Positions 37,011 through 50,448 of a stretch of 64,000 bases of DNA are shown one piece after another; position 1 is the stretch's first letter, and every line of letters starts with the position of its first letter. Under the pieces are notes generated by a model that worked only from the letters and a program-made list of their open reading frames with translations, made no database searches and had not been told where the DNA came from. Made by a program: the position numbers and the translations under genes. Source of the stretch: Girardia tigrina (lineage: Eukaryota); NCBI GenBank assembly GCA_001938485.1, contig MQRK01235601.1:1-64000 (forward strand), in the 5' to 3' direction.

Positions 37011-39049
37011 GTATATAATTATATATGTTTACATTTTTAATAAAGAAATTCACATTTTTCTATTATTTTAATTTAAAAAATGTGGAAATAAATATAAGAC
37101 AATTCTAGACATTTCCTGGTCAAATTCATCTTGCCTCTTTTTCGACTCCTGTTTTTAGAATACAAAAATTATTTTCTAATTTTTTAAATGATTATGTCGT
37201 TTTTAGTCAAGTCTCAATCCAAATCAAAACGAAAATATATTTTTAAAAAATTCTAAAAAATTCTAAATATTCATTTCCCGTAAAATTGATTTTGACAATG
37301 ACCATTTTCCATTGTGTTAAAGATCAATTTATTTCTTGAAAATATCAAAATTTATCATTTGTGAAATGTTCTTCCTTTTCTAATTAAAAACAAACATTTC
37401 AAATTAATATAATTTCCCATGATAATTGTGTTTAATATAGCAACAAAAAAACGTTCAAAAAATCAATTGTTTTTTGACTCTAAATAACAAAAGAATTTTT
37501 TAAAAATTATTTATGTAACATTTTATTTTATTTCTAAAGGCTGATATTGTTCTACATCCTTCAGTCGCCATTGGATACCAACAACACCAATCAACTTCAG
37601 GAAGCTGGAATAATTTTCATTGATCCAATTTCTAAGTTATTAAAAATATCATTTTTATTATTCCAAAAATGGCTTTGAATGGAAAGCCAAAAGTTCTCAT
37701 CAGTGTCGTCTTAAGGTACGCTTTTGATAACATTTATTTTTCGATTAATTAAAACAAGCGCTAAACTGGATAAATTATATTTTTTTTCATTTTTAAACAA
37801 ATATTTTTTTATTATTTTGCTATACTGAATAAATGTTAAATTACTAAATAAAAATAATAGAATATTAATCAAGAAAATTAAAGAAAAATAATTAATATAA
37901 ATATTTGTTTTCAAACGAAAAAAACTAAAATTATTTATTTATTTATATTTTTTAAATATATCGATATTATAAATAGAAGTGTTAGGTAATTTATTTATTT
38001 AATATATTTATTTTGCAATTAGAATTTATTTAAATAAGAATAAGAAAAATAAATAAAATATTAAGAATAATTTAAAATTTTTAAAAAAAATTTTAAAATG
38101 TTTTAATTTTTCTGTTTAATTAAAAAAAACGCGTCGACAAATAAATCTTAATTATATTTTTTTATGACTTTAAATTACTTCTTATAGCAAATAATATATT
38201 AGTCTAATAGATTTACTATTTTTTACTTTTAATAATTTTTACTAATTTACTTTTTTTTATTAAGAAATATAATTTTTCATTTACTTCAATACATTTTTTA
38301 TTTAATTTTACATAAATTTTCCATTTACAAGAATTTAATCACATTCATTTTTATATATTAAGCTTTTTTAAAATTTCAATTTGAAAAAGAAATAAAAATT
38401 TATTTTAGTAATAATAAAAAGTTTTTTTGGATTCATTAAAAATATTTTCTTTTTTTATTTAATTAACCATTTTAATTATCTTTAGTTATTATTAAAAACA
38501 TTTTGATTTTAAAATGTAAACATAATTTATTAAGAGAAAAATTATATATATTTTTTATAACAGATATTTTTATTAATATTATATTTTGTATTGGTGTTTT
38601 AATTCAAAAAATGTTCAAATTAAAATGATCTGATTAAATTATCTTCTTCAAAGTAATTTTTAGGTCCTATTGAGTCTGTTTGAGTCTGTATAACATGGTT
38701 ATCTCCAAATTAGAAGAAACTTTATCGAAAATTTGTTAATTAAAATAGCAAATTAAATTGTAGTAAATTAGAAAACTTTAAGTCGAAAAATTGGGTTCAA
38801 TGGTTTTCATTACCACCGGACAAATTAAAATAAATTTAAATTAAATTACTGTAATATTTTTAATATAAACCCAAGAACTTTAAATTTAGATAATTTAAAT
38901 TCCATCTTCCTATGAAATAAGAAGTTATGTAAAATTGTTAAAGTCATTATAGATCAGTATTAATAGATCACTTGTATTTTTAATTATTTTACAAATGTTC
39001 TTGACAATGTTTTCTATGCTAAGCAATATTACTTCCACTTTTATTAAGA

Positions 39050-39290
39050 TGAATTTGTCAAGAGGAAATCAATACCCAACACTATAAAATTATGTGCACT
39101 CAATTTAAGAACTAATGGGATAGAGTTACGCATGAGACGTTATATACATAATACCTCTTTGGGTCCTAAAATTAATGTTCAAATTGCTTTATTAAGAGTT
39201 TTGAAATGCTGTAAAGATGACTTAATGATTACGCATCATGTAATGACTAAAAGTCGGTTTCTATGAAAATGCCGGTTAAACTGTCGAAAT
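39050..39290 (+). mobile_element. Penelope-like 3' remnant (endonuclease tail plus degenerate hammerhead-like motif)
   Basis: HYKIMCTQFKN*WDRVTHETLY...GPKINVQ; followed by ATGAAAATGCCGGTTAAACTGTCGAAAT. Confidence 0.55.
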
Positions 39291-39293
39291 TAA

Positions 39294-39497
39294 CCCATTA
39301 ACGCCGAACGGGAACATTCGTGCCCAGCTAATAAAAATGGCTGTAAAAGTAAAGACATTGCATTTAGCTATGCTTCGTTGATAAGGTGTGTACTCTGAAG
39401 GTTCAAAACAAATAGGGAACATGTTTTGTTTCTCTGTCACCAGGCATTATGAAAAATTATGAAAAATTCATTTTACATAATTCTCGGCATTATTGGG
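39294..39497. mobile_element. piggyBac-type MITE
   Basis: TTAA on both sides (39290-39293, 39498-39501); TIRs CCCATTAACGCCGA / TCGGCATTATTGGG. Confidence 0.85.
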
Positions 39498-39662
39498 TTA
39501 ATATACAAAAAAATATAAATGGCTTGTCAACTTTGATTTTATGCTAAAAATATTCTAAAATTAATAGGAGGATGTTTGATTTAATTTATCTCTAGAAAGG
39601 CATTTTATTTCGCGGAAATTCATGTTTACGTTTTAACACTGTCTATTCTCATTTATTTTCAG

Positions 39663-40710
39663 GTGAATAAAATCTCGACACGACGCCCTCTTAAGGAAAG
39701 AATTAAAATGGTACTCAAATACGCAAAATTCCAGAATTATGAAGAGGTACGAAGACAGTGGCATTTTCATTTTGCTACCTCATCTTTTAAGTTTACGACG
39801 ATTAAGGTAGTGTTTGAGCAATTTCAGCAGACAGGGAGCGTTGAAGATCTTCCGCGGTAAGGGCGCCCAGCCACATCTACAACGCCTGAACAGCTCGAAC
39901 AAGTTCAAAAGTTGGTTGCCGCCAAACCTTCAACGTCTGTGTCTCGTGAGGCAGCCGTTCTTCACTTGCCACGATCGAGCTACCACCACCTGCTTGTGAA
40001 ACTTGATCTTAAGGCCAACCGTCCGCAACACGTGCCAATGCTCAGCAAATGCAACTTTGAAAGGCAAGAAAAGTTTTCAAAAACGATTGATTCAACTCCA
40101 ACCCTCACTTAATTGACCACATAATGTGTACAGACGAATCTTTGTTTCACCTATCTGGATCAGTGTCACGACAAAACAATGTTCGGTGGGTTTCCAAGAA
40201 TCCATACCCTCAGGAACAGATTCTAAACTCTCTCCAGGGAATTATGGTGTGGTATAGAGTAACTTTGGCGGGCGTCTTGGGACCTTACTTCATTGATCAT
40301 CCAGTCAATGCTTATATCTATCTACACCTTCTACAAACAACTGTTTGACCTTATGAGAAAAACAAGAAGCTTATCTTCCAGCATGATGGGGCTCCTGCTC
40401 ATTACACAGCTTAAGTACGCAGCTGACTCGACAAAAAGTTTTCTCAGTGGGAGATCGGTAGAGGTTGTTTATTTGAGTGGCACATTCGTTCGCCTGACTT
40501 AACTGTGTGTGATATCTTCATCTGGGTCTACCTGAAGGAGCCAATGTAGCACACAATGCCTGCTACCATAGCTGAGCTCCAAGACAGGATCGAGTGCAGA
40601 AATAAAGAAATACCACATGACATGATCAAAAGAGCATGTAATGTAGCGTATGAGCGGTTTCAGCATTATACCACCTTGCAGTGAAAACAACTGCAAATGT
40701 GAACCCATTC
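39663..40710 (+). pseudogene. Tc1/mariner transposase pseudogene (DUF4817-type HTH N-terminus)
   Basis: EVRRQW..F..TIK..EQFQQTGSVEDLPR*GRP; TDESLFHLSGSV; IFQHDGAPAHY; RSPDLTVCDIFIWVYLK; stops and frameshifts. Confidence 0.92.
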
Positions 40711-40999
40711 AGAACATTCTCTGTGTGTGGGCAGATACGCCTCTACCATTAACTTTGCATTTTCTTTTATTTTGTCAGATATGCATTCAAAATAATTTCC
40801 TCACATTACTTTTGGAACACAAATAATTAATCAATTAAAAAAATGATTAATGATTTAAATAATTATTTTGGTTGTGATTTGAATTCGAATCCTGACAGAG
40901 TTCTTTGTCTGGTTTTGAGGAAGGATTGAGTGTGCCAGAATGATCAAATTGTTCGAAGATATCAAATGTCAGTGATTTCCGTTTTTAATTGATCATTGA

Positions 41000-41122
41000 G
41001 TTGAAATTTTGCTACTGATTGTCGTTTCGAAAAGTTGAAAATGTTTAGCTACTGATTATTTGTTTCAGAAAACTGTAATATTTAGCACCTAATTATTGTT
41101 TTGATGAGGGTTGAAAATTTTG
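41000..41122 (+). repeat. Degenerate ~36-bp tandem repeat (3-4 units)
   Basis: GTTGAAA-TTT-GCTACTGATT-TT-GTTTC-GAAAA units. Confidence 0.6.
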
Positions 41123-42774
41123 ATTTCGTAATTTTGTCCTGATTTATTGAGTTTTTTTACGATTAACTGATTTGCAACGGAAAAACATTTTTCACGATTT
41201 CATTGTTTTGTGTGACGAATATTATTCAAATGTCCAAATAATTAAATTACGAAATTTCTTTTTCTTTATTATTTTTTGATATCTAAATATCAAATAAAAA
41301 AGTGAGAAAGAATTTTGTGCGAATTGAAATAAGTTAAACATCATGAACTCAGAATTAGTACAAAAAGGGGCACAGCTACCACCTGGAAGTCTTCAGACAA
41401 CCTAGAGGCTGTCTGAACAATTATTAGTTTTATTATTATTTTATTTCATTATTCTTCTTCTTAAAATAATTATTGTTATTATTATTATTAATTTGCTCTT
41501 TAATAACATAATATGTTTTAAAATATATTTTTATTCATAATAAAATATAAAATTTTGGCTGAAATATATTATTTTTTTCTAGTAATTTGCAAATATTTTC
41601 TTGCTCTTTTATATATACCTTAAAAAAAATTTTTGGTATATAAAATCATTTATATTGTACAAAAAGTCACAGTTAATACGGGATTATTAATATTTTGTTT
41701 TAAGATGCGTTTTATCAAAGAATATTATAATAAGAAAATCTTATTATTCAGAAAATTAATAATGTCGAGAAATAATATTTTTATTTTTTATAAAAATATT
41801 ATTTTTGAACAAACTTGATACATTACTTTTGACATTTAGAATTGAATTTTGTTTATTTAATTAAAATCATTTAAGTAATATTTTTTTTACATTTTATTAT
41901 TATAAGTAGATTTTGCTGACTGAGTCATATTAAGAGTAGCTTTATGTCCGAGAACCCACAAATAAAGATATTCTTTACCCTTGCGTTCATCAGGAGCATT
42001 TAAAATGAAAGTCAAATATATAATAATATTAGGTCTTTCAAATCATAATACTTATAATTGACTGAGACATTTTTGTTTTTAACTTTAAATTCTTTGCTAC
42101 AAACTATAAAATAATCTAAATAATTAAAAATGAATTTTGTGTAATTATGTTAAGGTTTTTTTGACAAACATTATGATAGACAAAAAATTAATAATATTAG
42201 ATGAAATATCGAAATTTGATATCAAAGAGAAAGAAGAAGTCAGGGAAAATACAAATAAAAACTGCAATTTTATATTCTGAAGAATTTAGTTTATCGTTTT
42301 TTAAAGGTATTATGCGAACCTTCAGGCATCAGTACCAACTGGTAAGGGTTCAATGTCTACTTATAAGTAATAAGAAGCTAAACTAAAAATTGTTTAATTT
42401 TCTTAATTATCTTGACACAGTATTCTTCAGTATTTTCTTCCTTTAATATTTTCTTAACTCGTGTATTTGTATATAATTTGTCTAATTATACCCTAATGTT
42501 GAGTTCTTTTGTTTGTTTGTATACATATTGTCCCTCAAGTGCCTCTAAGAATATATAAACCCTGATTTGCAATTTTAAAATTGGACGACAAATCCCTTTT
42601 ATCATACCCTCTCTATATTTTTTTCTAATATTGAAATATTCAAATACTAAATTTCCAAAAATCGATGATGATGATGTATGCAACATCGAAACATGTTCAA
42701 TAATTATATAAAAGAAGCTTTAATCAAATTATATTTTCGAAATATTAAACTTGCGTTCACAAGACTTTATATTC

Positions 42775-42860
42775 CCAAACATCGGAGACACTTGTCGTCA
42801 TCTCTGTAAACGGATTTAAGAACATAATCGAAGGGAAAGTGATAGTAAAATTGCTCCACT
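42775..42860 (+). pseudogene. Penelope-like GIY-YIG fragment
   Basis: NIGDTCRHLCKRI*EHNRRESDSKIA matches YIG.T.R.L..R..EH. Confidence 0.75.
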
Positions 42861-43049
42861 CTCAAAATAAAACTTATATTATCATAATTAATATAATCTA
42901 TCTGAATTTTTTGTTGCTATTTATTGTATTAAATGTTTCATTTTCATTTTCCGATTTAATTAATTTATCGACAGTTTCACGAGTCAATTTTTCAACTATC
43001 GATTTGGATTATCCATTTTTATAAAGCTTATTTTTATTTACTTATCAAT

Positions 43050-43735
43050 ACTTTCATTACATTTAGCGTAATGATCTTAGACACTTTCGTTTACATACGC
43101 TAAATACAATGCTTACTTGTAAAGATTAATTTAATAATGTAAAGATTAGTTTTTGCTTTAAAGATACATTTCTGTAAATATTTGAATCCTTCAGAATAAG
43201 GTAAGCACAATATATAACCCGGTCTAAAAGAATTTTCAATCTTAAGACCATTCTCGACTTTGTTCTTCACTTTTTGTTAAACTGAGCACTCTCAATCATT
43301 TCTCTTTCAAGTATTTTGTTTCAAGTCTCACGAATGAGTTTCTCAATAAAATACTTAGAATATCCATTGTTATTCAACAATTTACTCGATGTTTCAATGC
43401 TTTAGTTAGATTTAATAAAAGTAGAAAAAAAGAGACCAAGAACGATAAAGAAAACCTTTGATCATATTCCTCTTATAAATAGACTCAAAAACTATTTGGT
43501 GATGTGTATAAACGAGTATCCGTTTTCTTAAGATAACTTTCTGTCTCAGAATAATCGTATTTTCTATCAATTAATAAATCTAGAAAAGGTAATTTTCAAT
43601 TATTTTCCTCGTACACTGTAAATACACTATTTTGATGAAATGAATTTATGTAATGAAGAAACGGAGATACACGTTCCTAAGATTTAGAGACCACAAAAAC
43701 GTCATCAACAAATCTTTTATATAAAAATTTTCTTA
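43050..43735 (-). mobile_element. Penelope-like element remnant (RT core, thumb, linker)
   Basis: YKRFVDDVFV; INSFHQN; LPFLDLLI; LNNNGYSKYFIEK; YIVLPY. Confidence 0.85.
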
Positions 43736-44899
43736 AAAGATGAGATGAAAATTTATTTTACTTTCATTTTATAAATTATTTAAAAATATAATATATACTT
43801 TAGGATGTTAGTATTAAAATTCGTGCTATATTTATGTTATTTGTGTTTAGGAAATCATAGGATTTTATCTTTCAAAATCAAAAATGTACGATTTCTTTAC
43901 CCGTTGATCCTTGAGGTTGATGTTTTATTTGATAAGAAGGAAAATAATTTTTATAATAAAAACAAAATAAATCATTAGTATAACAGAAATTTTCATTATT
44001 TAAAAATGATACATTTTTAATACGTATTGCATATTTTTAAAAATTTTATGAATTTTCATAAAATATATATTTATTTTTAAAAGTGAAATAACAAATTTAT
44101 TTTTTATTTTAAAAAATAAATATGTAGGTATATATTACTTTTAAAATTATAATAATTATAATACAACTCTTTTTAATTTATATGTTTTAAACTTTATAAT
44201 TTTCTTTGATGAAGAAGGAAAAAAAATTTATTTAAATTAAAATAATTTTGATTAAAATAAAATAAATTAACTTAAAAAATATTTTTTGTCGATTTTTGTG
44301 ATATTTTTTTTAAATTTAGGAAATTTAATTCTGTGCAAAATTTATTATTAAAGGAATTTGAATAATAATTTTATATTATTAAATTGATAAAATTTAGAAA
44401 AGAAATTTTTAAGGTAATCAGTTTGATATTAAAAATGAATCGATTTTAGATTTTATAATTTTATATATTTTTTTTGTATTTTCAAAAAGAAACTTAATTC
44501 AAAAATTAAAGATTGAATTGAATGAACTTTATTGAGCAAATTATTTAATCATATAAGATGAAAGTTAGTAAATTTTATAAGTTTCCTTGACTACTTTAAA
44601 ATTAATTATAATTATTGTAATAATATATAATCCATTGTAAAGAAAATTTAAAAATAAAGGAAATGTTTTTTAAAACAATACTAATTCCATTTAATGATAA
44701 TAAACTTCGACAGTTTTACCGTCACCTTCAAATCATGTATTGTGAAATCATATACTGTTTTTATATGGGGAGTGGACGAATATGTAATCAAATACGTTTT
44801 ATTTATCGAAAACTCTTTAAAAACTTATTGATTGTGCTGTTTGAACATTGACTTTGAGATCAAAAGATCTTATTTGCTATGCTTCACATGACACTCTGC

Positions 44900-46279
44900 C
44901 AATTATCCATAAAATGTTTAGAACCATTTGCATTGTCGAATTTCATTTCCTAATTGACACTGGATTTCGTGCGCAAACATTTGTAGAATCTCATTTTGAC
45001 ATGTGTCTGACATCCAGTTGTTTTTCCATTCAATCCATTGTTCAAGTGTTGGTATGTACGCCGTGTGCATTTTCAGCAGTTGCATAAAATTGCCATCGTC
45101 GTGCAAATGACCTCGCACAGCAATTTATTGTCTTGCTAAAAAGCGTAGAGAGGTAAAAATTGCATGTAGAGCGATTCTGGCATCATCTTGCTTTTTACGA
45201 CATTCTGCGTTGAGTTGTTCCATTGCAGATGTCTTAGTCTGCATTGACAAGTTCATAGTTGCTTCCTTGTGCTGTTCGCAGCTTTCATGATCAGCAAACA
45301 TTTGGGTGGCTTTCTTCCAATTGCAGAAGCCGTCATGTAGGAAAGCAAGCTTCTTGTGTTTTGAAAACGTTAACAAATGTTTATTTTCCGCTTGAACACA
45401 AAAATAACATTTCAATGTATCCGCGCTTTGTTAATCCAGCCACTTCCAAGTGTGTAAGCAGGACGATTGTTCATATCGCTTCCCACAACCAGTAAAATCA
45501 CGTTTAGGAAAGATAAAGTCCTTTGGCTGATTGTGTCAATCAGAACTAACTGTCTTACATGTTTGTTGAGAACTGAGATTAGATACAGCATCCAATGCAT
45601 CTTCAGCAATTACTACACAATTTACATCAGATGTAGAGTCTTCGTTAACCTCAACACTACAGTCTTGAGATAAGTCGGACTCAAACTTCTTTCGCTTTAA
45701 GTTAGAAGCAACCCATAAATCTATCCGCCTTTTCTGTTTACTCATGCAATATGTTGTAATTTCGTGCAACTGATTTAGCAAATTACGTGATACGAGAAGT
45801 TCAAAAATACAAAATATTTTCTAGTGTGCATAAGAATGGATGTGAAGGGGAGAGTATGTGTTTACTATTTACATGAGAGTGTGTGTGAATGGTGTATGTG
45901 ACATGGAGTTATTTGGATATGTGACTCACATAAGGTGAGTTACAATGGAGAGAGAAAAGAAAATGTTCTAGAATATTTATCGACGTGTTGGGTCTATTAG
46001 AAAATGAAGAGCTGAATATCGTTTTGAGAGTGACTGAGTGGATCTCTAAATATTAGTGTGTAAATGAGAAGAGATGACATAGAGGGGGTAGGTATTTACT
46101 GTGTGTAGATTTTACATGTGAATAAGTATATGTTGTTTACTGTTTGAGAGAGAAAGGAGATAGATAAGAATGATATTGTAGTTACTTACATGCTTGTGAA
46201 ACAACTGGAACTTAATGGGGCCAAACATATAATTCGCCGCCTGTCACATAAAGTTACTGGGGTGGCCGCCCTTTCGCCC
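44900..46279 (-). mobile_element. hAT element 5' half with ZMYM/TTF-type transposase N-terminus (DUF4371-like)
   Basis: CYFCVQAE..DGFCNWKKA..F.DHESCEQH; LRFLARQ..VRGH..DGNFMQLL; SDTCQNEIL; terminus CAGTGGCACTGG at 46279 on the minus strand. Confidence 0.88.
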
Positions 46280-46495
46280 CCCTACTTCCAGTGCCACTGG
46301 TGCCAGCAACTTCAGCAACATCGGAGCGTTCATTTAGCGAATTACAGCGATTAAAAACATGGACACGCTCTAAAATGACCCAGAAGTGACTTACTCATAT
46401 TCCTATAGCTCACTGTCATCAGGACAAATTAGACAGTTTGTATATTTCAATGTTGTGTAAAGCATTTGGTAGTAAAACCCGAGAAAGGGAAAAAC
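46280..46495 (+). pseudogene. hAT dimerisation-domain fragment
   Basis: VPATSATSERSFSELQRLKTWTRSKMTQK*LTHI..AHCHQDKLD. Confidence 0.88.
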
Positions 46496-47259
46496 ATTTG
46501 AGTGCTAATATAATGTGTACATTGGCTTCCATGCTAACATTTTATGTCTTGTTTTTCTTTCTTCCACCCGCATATTAATGGAAAAGTTTATGCTAAACTA
46601 CACTTCTCGATTATATCATTTTCTTTAAATTTTCTAATTGTGAATATAAAATAAGTAAAATTATAAACTATTTAAAACAAACAATATTCAATTTTTACAT
46701 AAGGAGCATTTTTTTAATCTATAAAAAATAATTAAAAGTAATAAATGAATCTATGTATTTTTGAAAAACTTTTAAAGAATCAGGATAAATTAACGAAAAA
46801 ATATAAAAAAGGTTTTTGTCTCTGCACTTATACCGATATCACGCAAAGGTTTATCAAGCATATATGACGAAGTATGATGCTTGAAAATCATTTTGCTTTT
46901 CCTTTCTAATTTTTATTTTGTCACGCATTTATATTAATAAAAATAATCTCATCAAAATACTTTCTTTAATAAATCGTTAACATTTTTCAATTGAAGGAAT
47001 ATAAACAATAACATTGTCTACGATATTTTATATAAACATATACATACTAAAATTGAAATTTTTGTCTATAATATTATTTTCGATTTAATTTATAATAAAA
47101 ATATTAGATGTTATTTTAGGGCATTTTTATACATGAAATAGATTTTTTATATTCTATACTATTTTCGACAATACATCAATTAATTTCTTAATTTCTAAGT
47201 TTTCCAGTCAAGTAAGTAAGCCATGTAGCCTTTTTTATACTTGTTTTTTACTATCTCAA

Positions 47260-47740
47260 CATGTCGCTTTTGGAAAGACAAACTCAGTACAAAAGCTATA
47301 GTTGATGAAATATGACAAGTGAAAGTCAAAGAACTGACAATAAGATTACACGAGTAGAAAAGTTCAAGTACTTAAAGAGAGGGAACACATGTTTCAAAAA
47401 TAAGCCAAGTTCCAAACGCCCAACAACTGTAGACAATGAAAAAAAGCAATTAAAAGTCAGCCTGCAACTAGTAGAAAAATAATATCAGCAGAAAATTGCC
47501 ATCATTATTCCACCACTGATCAACATCATGTGAACATCTGTCAAGATCGTCTTGCCAATCCTCAGGATGCCAAATATATTTATACATTTTCTGTTATGGT
47601 AATTAATGACTGATGTCATATCTATCAAGATTCTTGATTCCTAGAAAGGGTCAATTTGAAAAACATGATGACAAAATACTGCTCTATGAACTCGTTCAGA
47701 GGATCGTGCGATAAAGGCAAATGTATTTTCTGAAACCAGC
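47260..47740 (+). pseudogene. Internally deleted mariner remnant
   Basis: FKYLKRGNTCFKNKPSSKRPTTVDNE...ISAE resembles the mariner HTH region (F..G...L.D.PRSGRP). Confidence 0.55.
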
Positions 47741-48014
47741 ACTTTTTTTTCTTCACGATAAAAAATAATTTTGTTTTTTACTATAAAAGTTCTTGTGTTT
47801 TTAAAGTTTCCAACATTTTAATATTGATTTAATAAAGATTTGTTTAACTTTGATTGATGCGTTTTCTAAGAAATACTTTTACCTAATTTTAAATTTTAAT
47901 CTCCAATAAAAACTTGCAATGAAAAAAATGATTATACTTAAAGAAGAACATCCAATCTGTAATTTTACATAGTTTTAATTGGTTATAAAAACAAAATTAA
48001 TATATGTAAAATAT

Positions 48015-48070
48015 ATTTAGAGACAATTTGTTTCGACGGATCAACAGTCATCTTTACGTAACTGATTAGT
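48015..48070 (-). ncRNA. Degenerate minimal hammerhead ribozyme motif (Penelope-associated)
   Basis: Minus strand GTAAAGA-T-GAC TGTTGATCC GTC-GAAA-CAAATTGTC; stem II and GAAA intact, CUGA box mutated. Confidence 0.5.
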
Positions 48071-48800
48071 TACTTAATTCACCTGTAAATAAACGCAAAA
48101 AAGTGATTATGTAATCGATGGCATGAAATCCCGATAATCAAAAATTCTAAAAAGTCTGTTGAACATTGATTCTGAACATTAATTTTTGAACGTTTAAAGT
48201 GAACAAATTAATAATGATTAACACGACTCTCACTTCTCATTACTATCAAAATGGTTACACAGAATTTTGAAATTATCAATATTAACATCATATTTATATT
48301 TTTTCCATGTTCTGCAATATTGCTCTTACTTTCTTTTCGACCATGTTCTTGAATTCGTTTACAGAGATGACGGGCAGTCCCTTCAATGTATGTGGCATCG
48401 CACCATTACATTTATATTCATAAACAATATCAGAACAAAGTGTTAAAAGTAAAATAGATTTATAACTGAACATATTTTGAATTTTATCAAATCTTGATAC
48501 GATTTTCAAATTTAATTCATTGATAACAATGCATTTTTAAAGTTTTTAAATTCTTCAGAATAAAGTACAATTAAGCAATACTTAAGAAAATTATTAATAC
48601 CTAATGTAACTTTAATTTCTTTCTTAGAACCATCAGGAGGATCTAAACTCTGATTTTTCGAAATATCTTACAACAGTTTCTTATCCCCTGTTTCCTTTAT
48701 TAATTTTTCAAGAAAATATTTAGAATAACCATTCTGATTTAGCATTAATTAAGTTTATTAACATTTTCTAGATATTTAAGAGAATTTGAAGACAACGATT
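48015..48800 (-). mobile_element. Penelope-like element 3' part (thumb, GIY-YIG endonuclease, terminal repeat)
   Basis: NQNGYSKYFLEK; DIVYEYKCNG-CDATYIEGTARHLCKRIQEH; terminal repeat at ~48015-48110. Confidence 0.85.
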
Positions 48801-48969
48801 AATAGCGATAAATTAAGCCTCTAATCATGTTTGATAGTTAGAGAGAGAGTTTCGTCGAAGAATTATTAATTAGCTAACGTTTCATTAAAATCAATGTTCA
48901 ATCGGCAGTCTCAACCAGCTTATTGAGAATTTTCGATTAGCTTTTTAAGGCAATCGATTAAATAAATCG

Positions 48970-49060
48970 TTAATTTTGCACTTATATACAGGTGAATTGA
49001 TTATTAATTAGTGACCTGAAGATGACACCTGATCCATCAAAAATATTGTCTCTAAATATT
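48970..49060 (+). ncRNA. Inverted copy of the Penelope terminal repeat with degenerate hammerhead motif
   Basis: ACAGGTGAATT...TAGTGAC-CTGAAGA-T-GAC ACCTGATCC ATC-AAAA-ATATTGTCTCTAAATAT; reverse-complement homolog of 48015-48100; CUGAAGA intact, GAAA mutated. Confidence 0.55.
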
Positions 49061-50448
49061 ATTTTTAAATGGATAAATTTATTTTTTATTGATTGTGTTT
49101 TATTTGTTTGTCATTTATTTCCCATTTCTGAAAAATATTCAGATTTATTTTTTTCTTGAATTAGTTCCGAATATAAATTACTATAATTCCGGTTGATGCG
49201 AATCGAGAATGAAAAATAGGATCGATCTTTGTAATCGCTCTTTAAAAGATATATTTTTTAAACACTTGTTCTGAAAATTATGAGGTTCAACCTTAATTAT
49301 CTTACTCATCCAATCTGATGCAAGAAACACCTTCGAGTAATCAAAAGATCATCCAAAATAGCGTTATATAACTCAATGATTTTTAATCTCCTAAATTTAA
49401 AATTAATTAAATAAATAAATTTACTTAAGAAAACGGCATTTCACAATGAAAATTATTTTTTTATTATTATTTTTTAATTTCTTAAAATGATAAAAAAATT
49501 TATTAAAACTTTCTTATCATATTAATAAATAGAAAATACTATAAAAATGTTTCATTATTATTTCAAAATATATAATTTATTTTATAATTATAAAATTTAA
49601 TTTTAAAATAGTCTTATTTATCACATAATATTTGTCATTTTTATGAAAAGAAAATCGATTTGTATGACAATATTTTCAATCCAAGTTATCCCCGAAAGTT
49701 TCGTGTTACACTAATCTGAATTGAATATAATTTTTGTCTTGTTTTATTGAAAAAATTGTATTTCCAAACAAAAATTACTTTTAAATGATGTTAATGTATT
49801 AATATTTTATGATAATTATTATAATAAATAATTTTTGTCTAAGATTGAAAATTAATTAATATGAAAAATTTATGATTAATTTTTATATAAATATTATATA
49901 ATTATTTATTATAATATTTCAAAAAGTAAAATCTATATACAAATTTAAACACAATGGATAAAAAAGACAACGACCCGTTTCAAAATAACAATCACATATT
50001 AAGATAAATTTACACGAAATAATAAACTAACACAGATCTACGGAACTTTACAATAATTACAAAAACATTTAACCAATAAATCATATTATTAAAATGAATT
50101 TACTTCATTATTCTTAAGAATTTTGTAAAAATACACGAAATGAGATCAACTTCAATCTTGCAAACCGACCATTAGCAACTATCGATTGCCGTTTGAGAAA
50201 ACGATATGTTTACTCAATCTTTCTGTACTTTAAAAGGTAACGGAGAAATATGATAAAGATAACAATTGACAGCCAACCAAAAGCTAATCTTTGAGATGAA
50301 ACTTTACACTCACTGCAATACATCCATTCTTAGTTTTTACAACAAACCCAAAACAATCGAAAATCTCATCGTTGCTATTTGATTGAAATGTCTGTCCGAA
50401 TGGAAATCTGAGAGAACGTTGTGTTGTCTCAACGGTACCAGGTTTGAG

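Noticed and set aside
37540-37720. Exon-like stretch with ADIVLHP... and QEAGIIFIDP, vaguely like a biotin carboxylase N-terminus
   Set aside because: Needs a frameshift, is very short, and has no supporting neighbouring exons.
41393-41418. Hairpin TTCAGACAACC-TAGA-GGCTGTCTGAA with CTGAAGA on the minus strand
   Set aside because: No GAAA box or stem II, so not a hammerhead; isolated.
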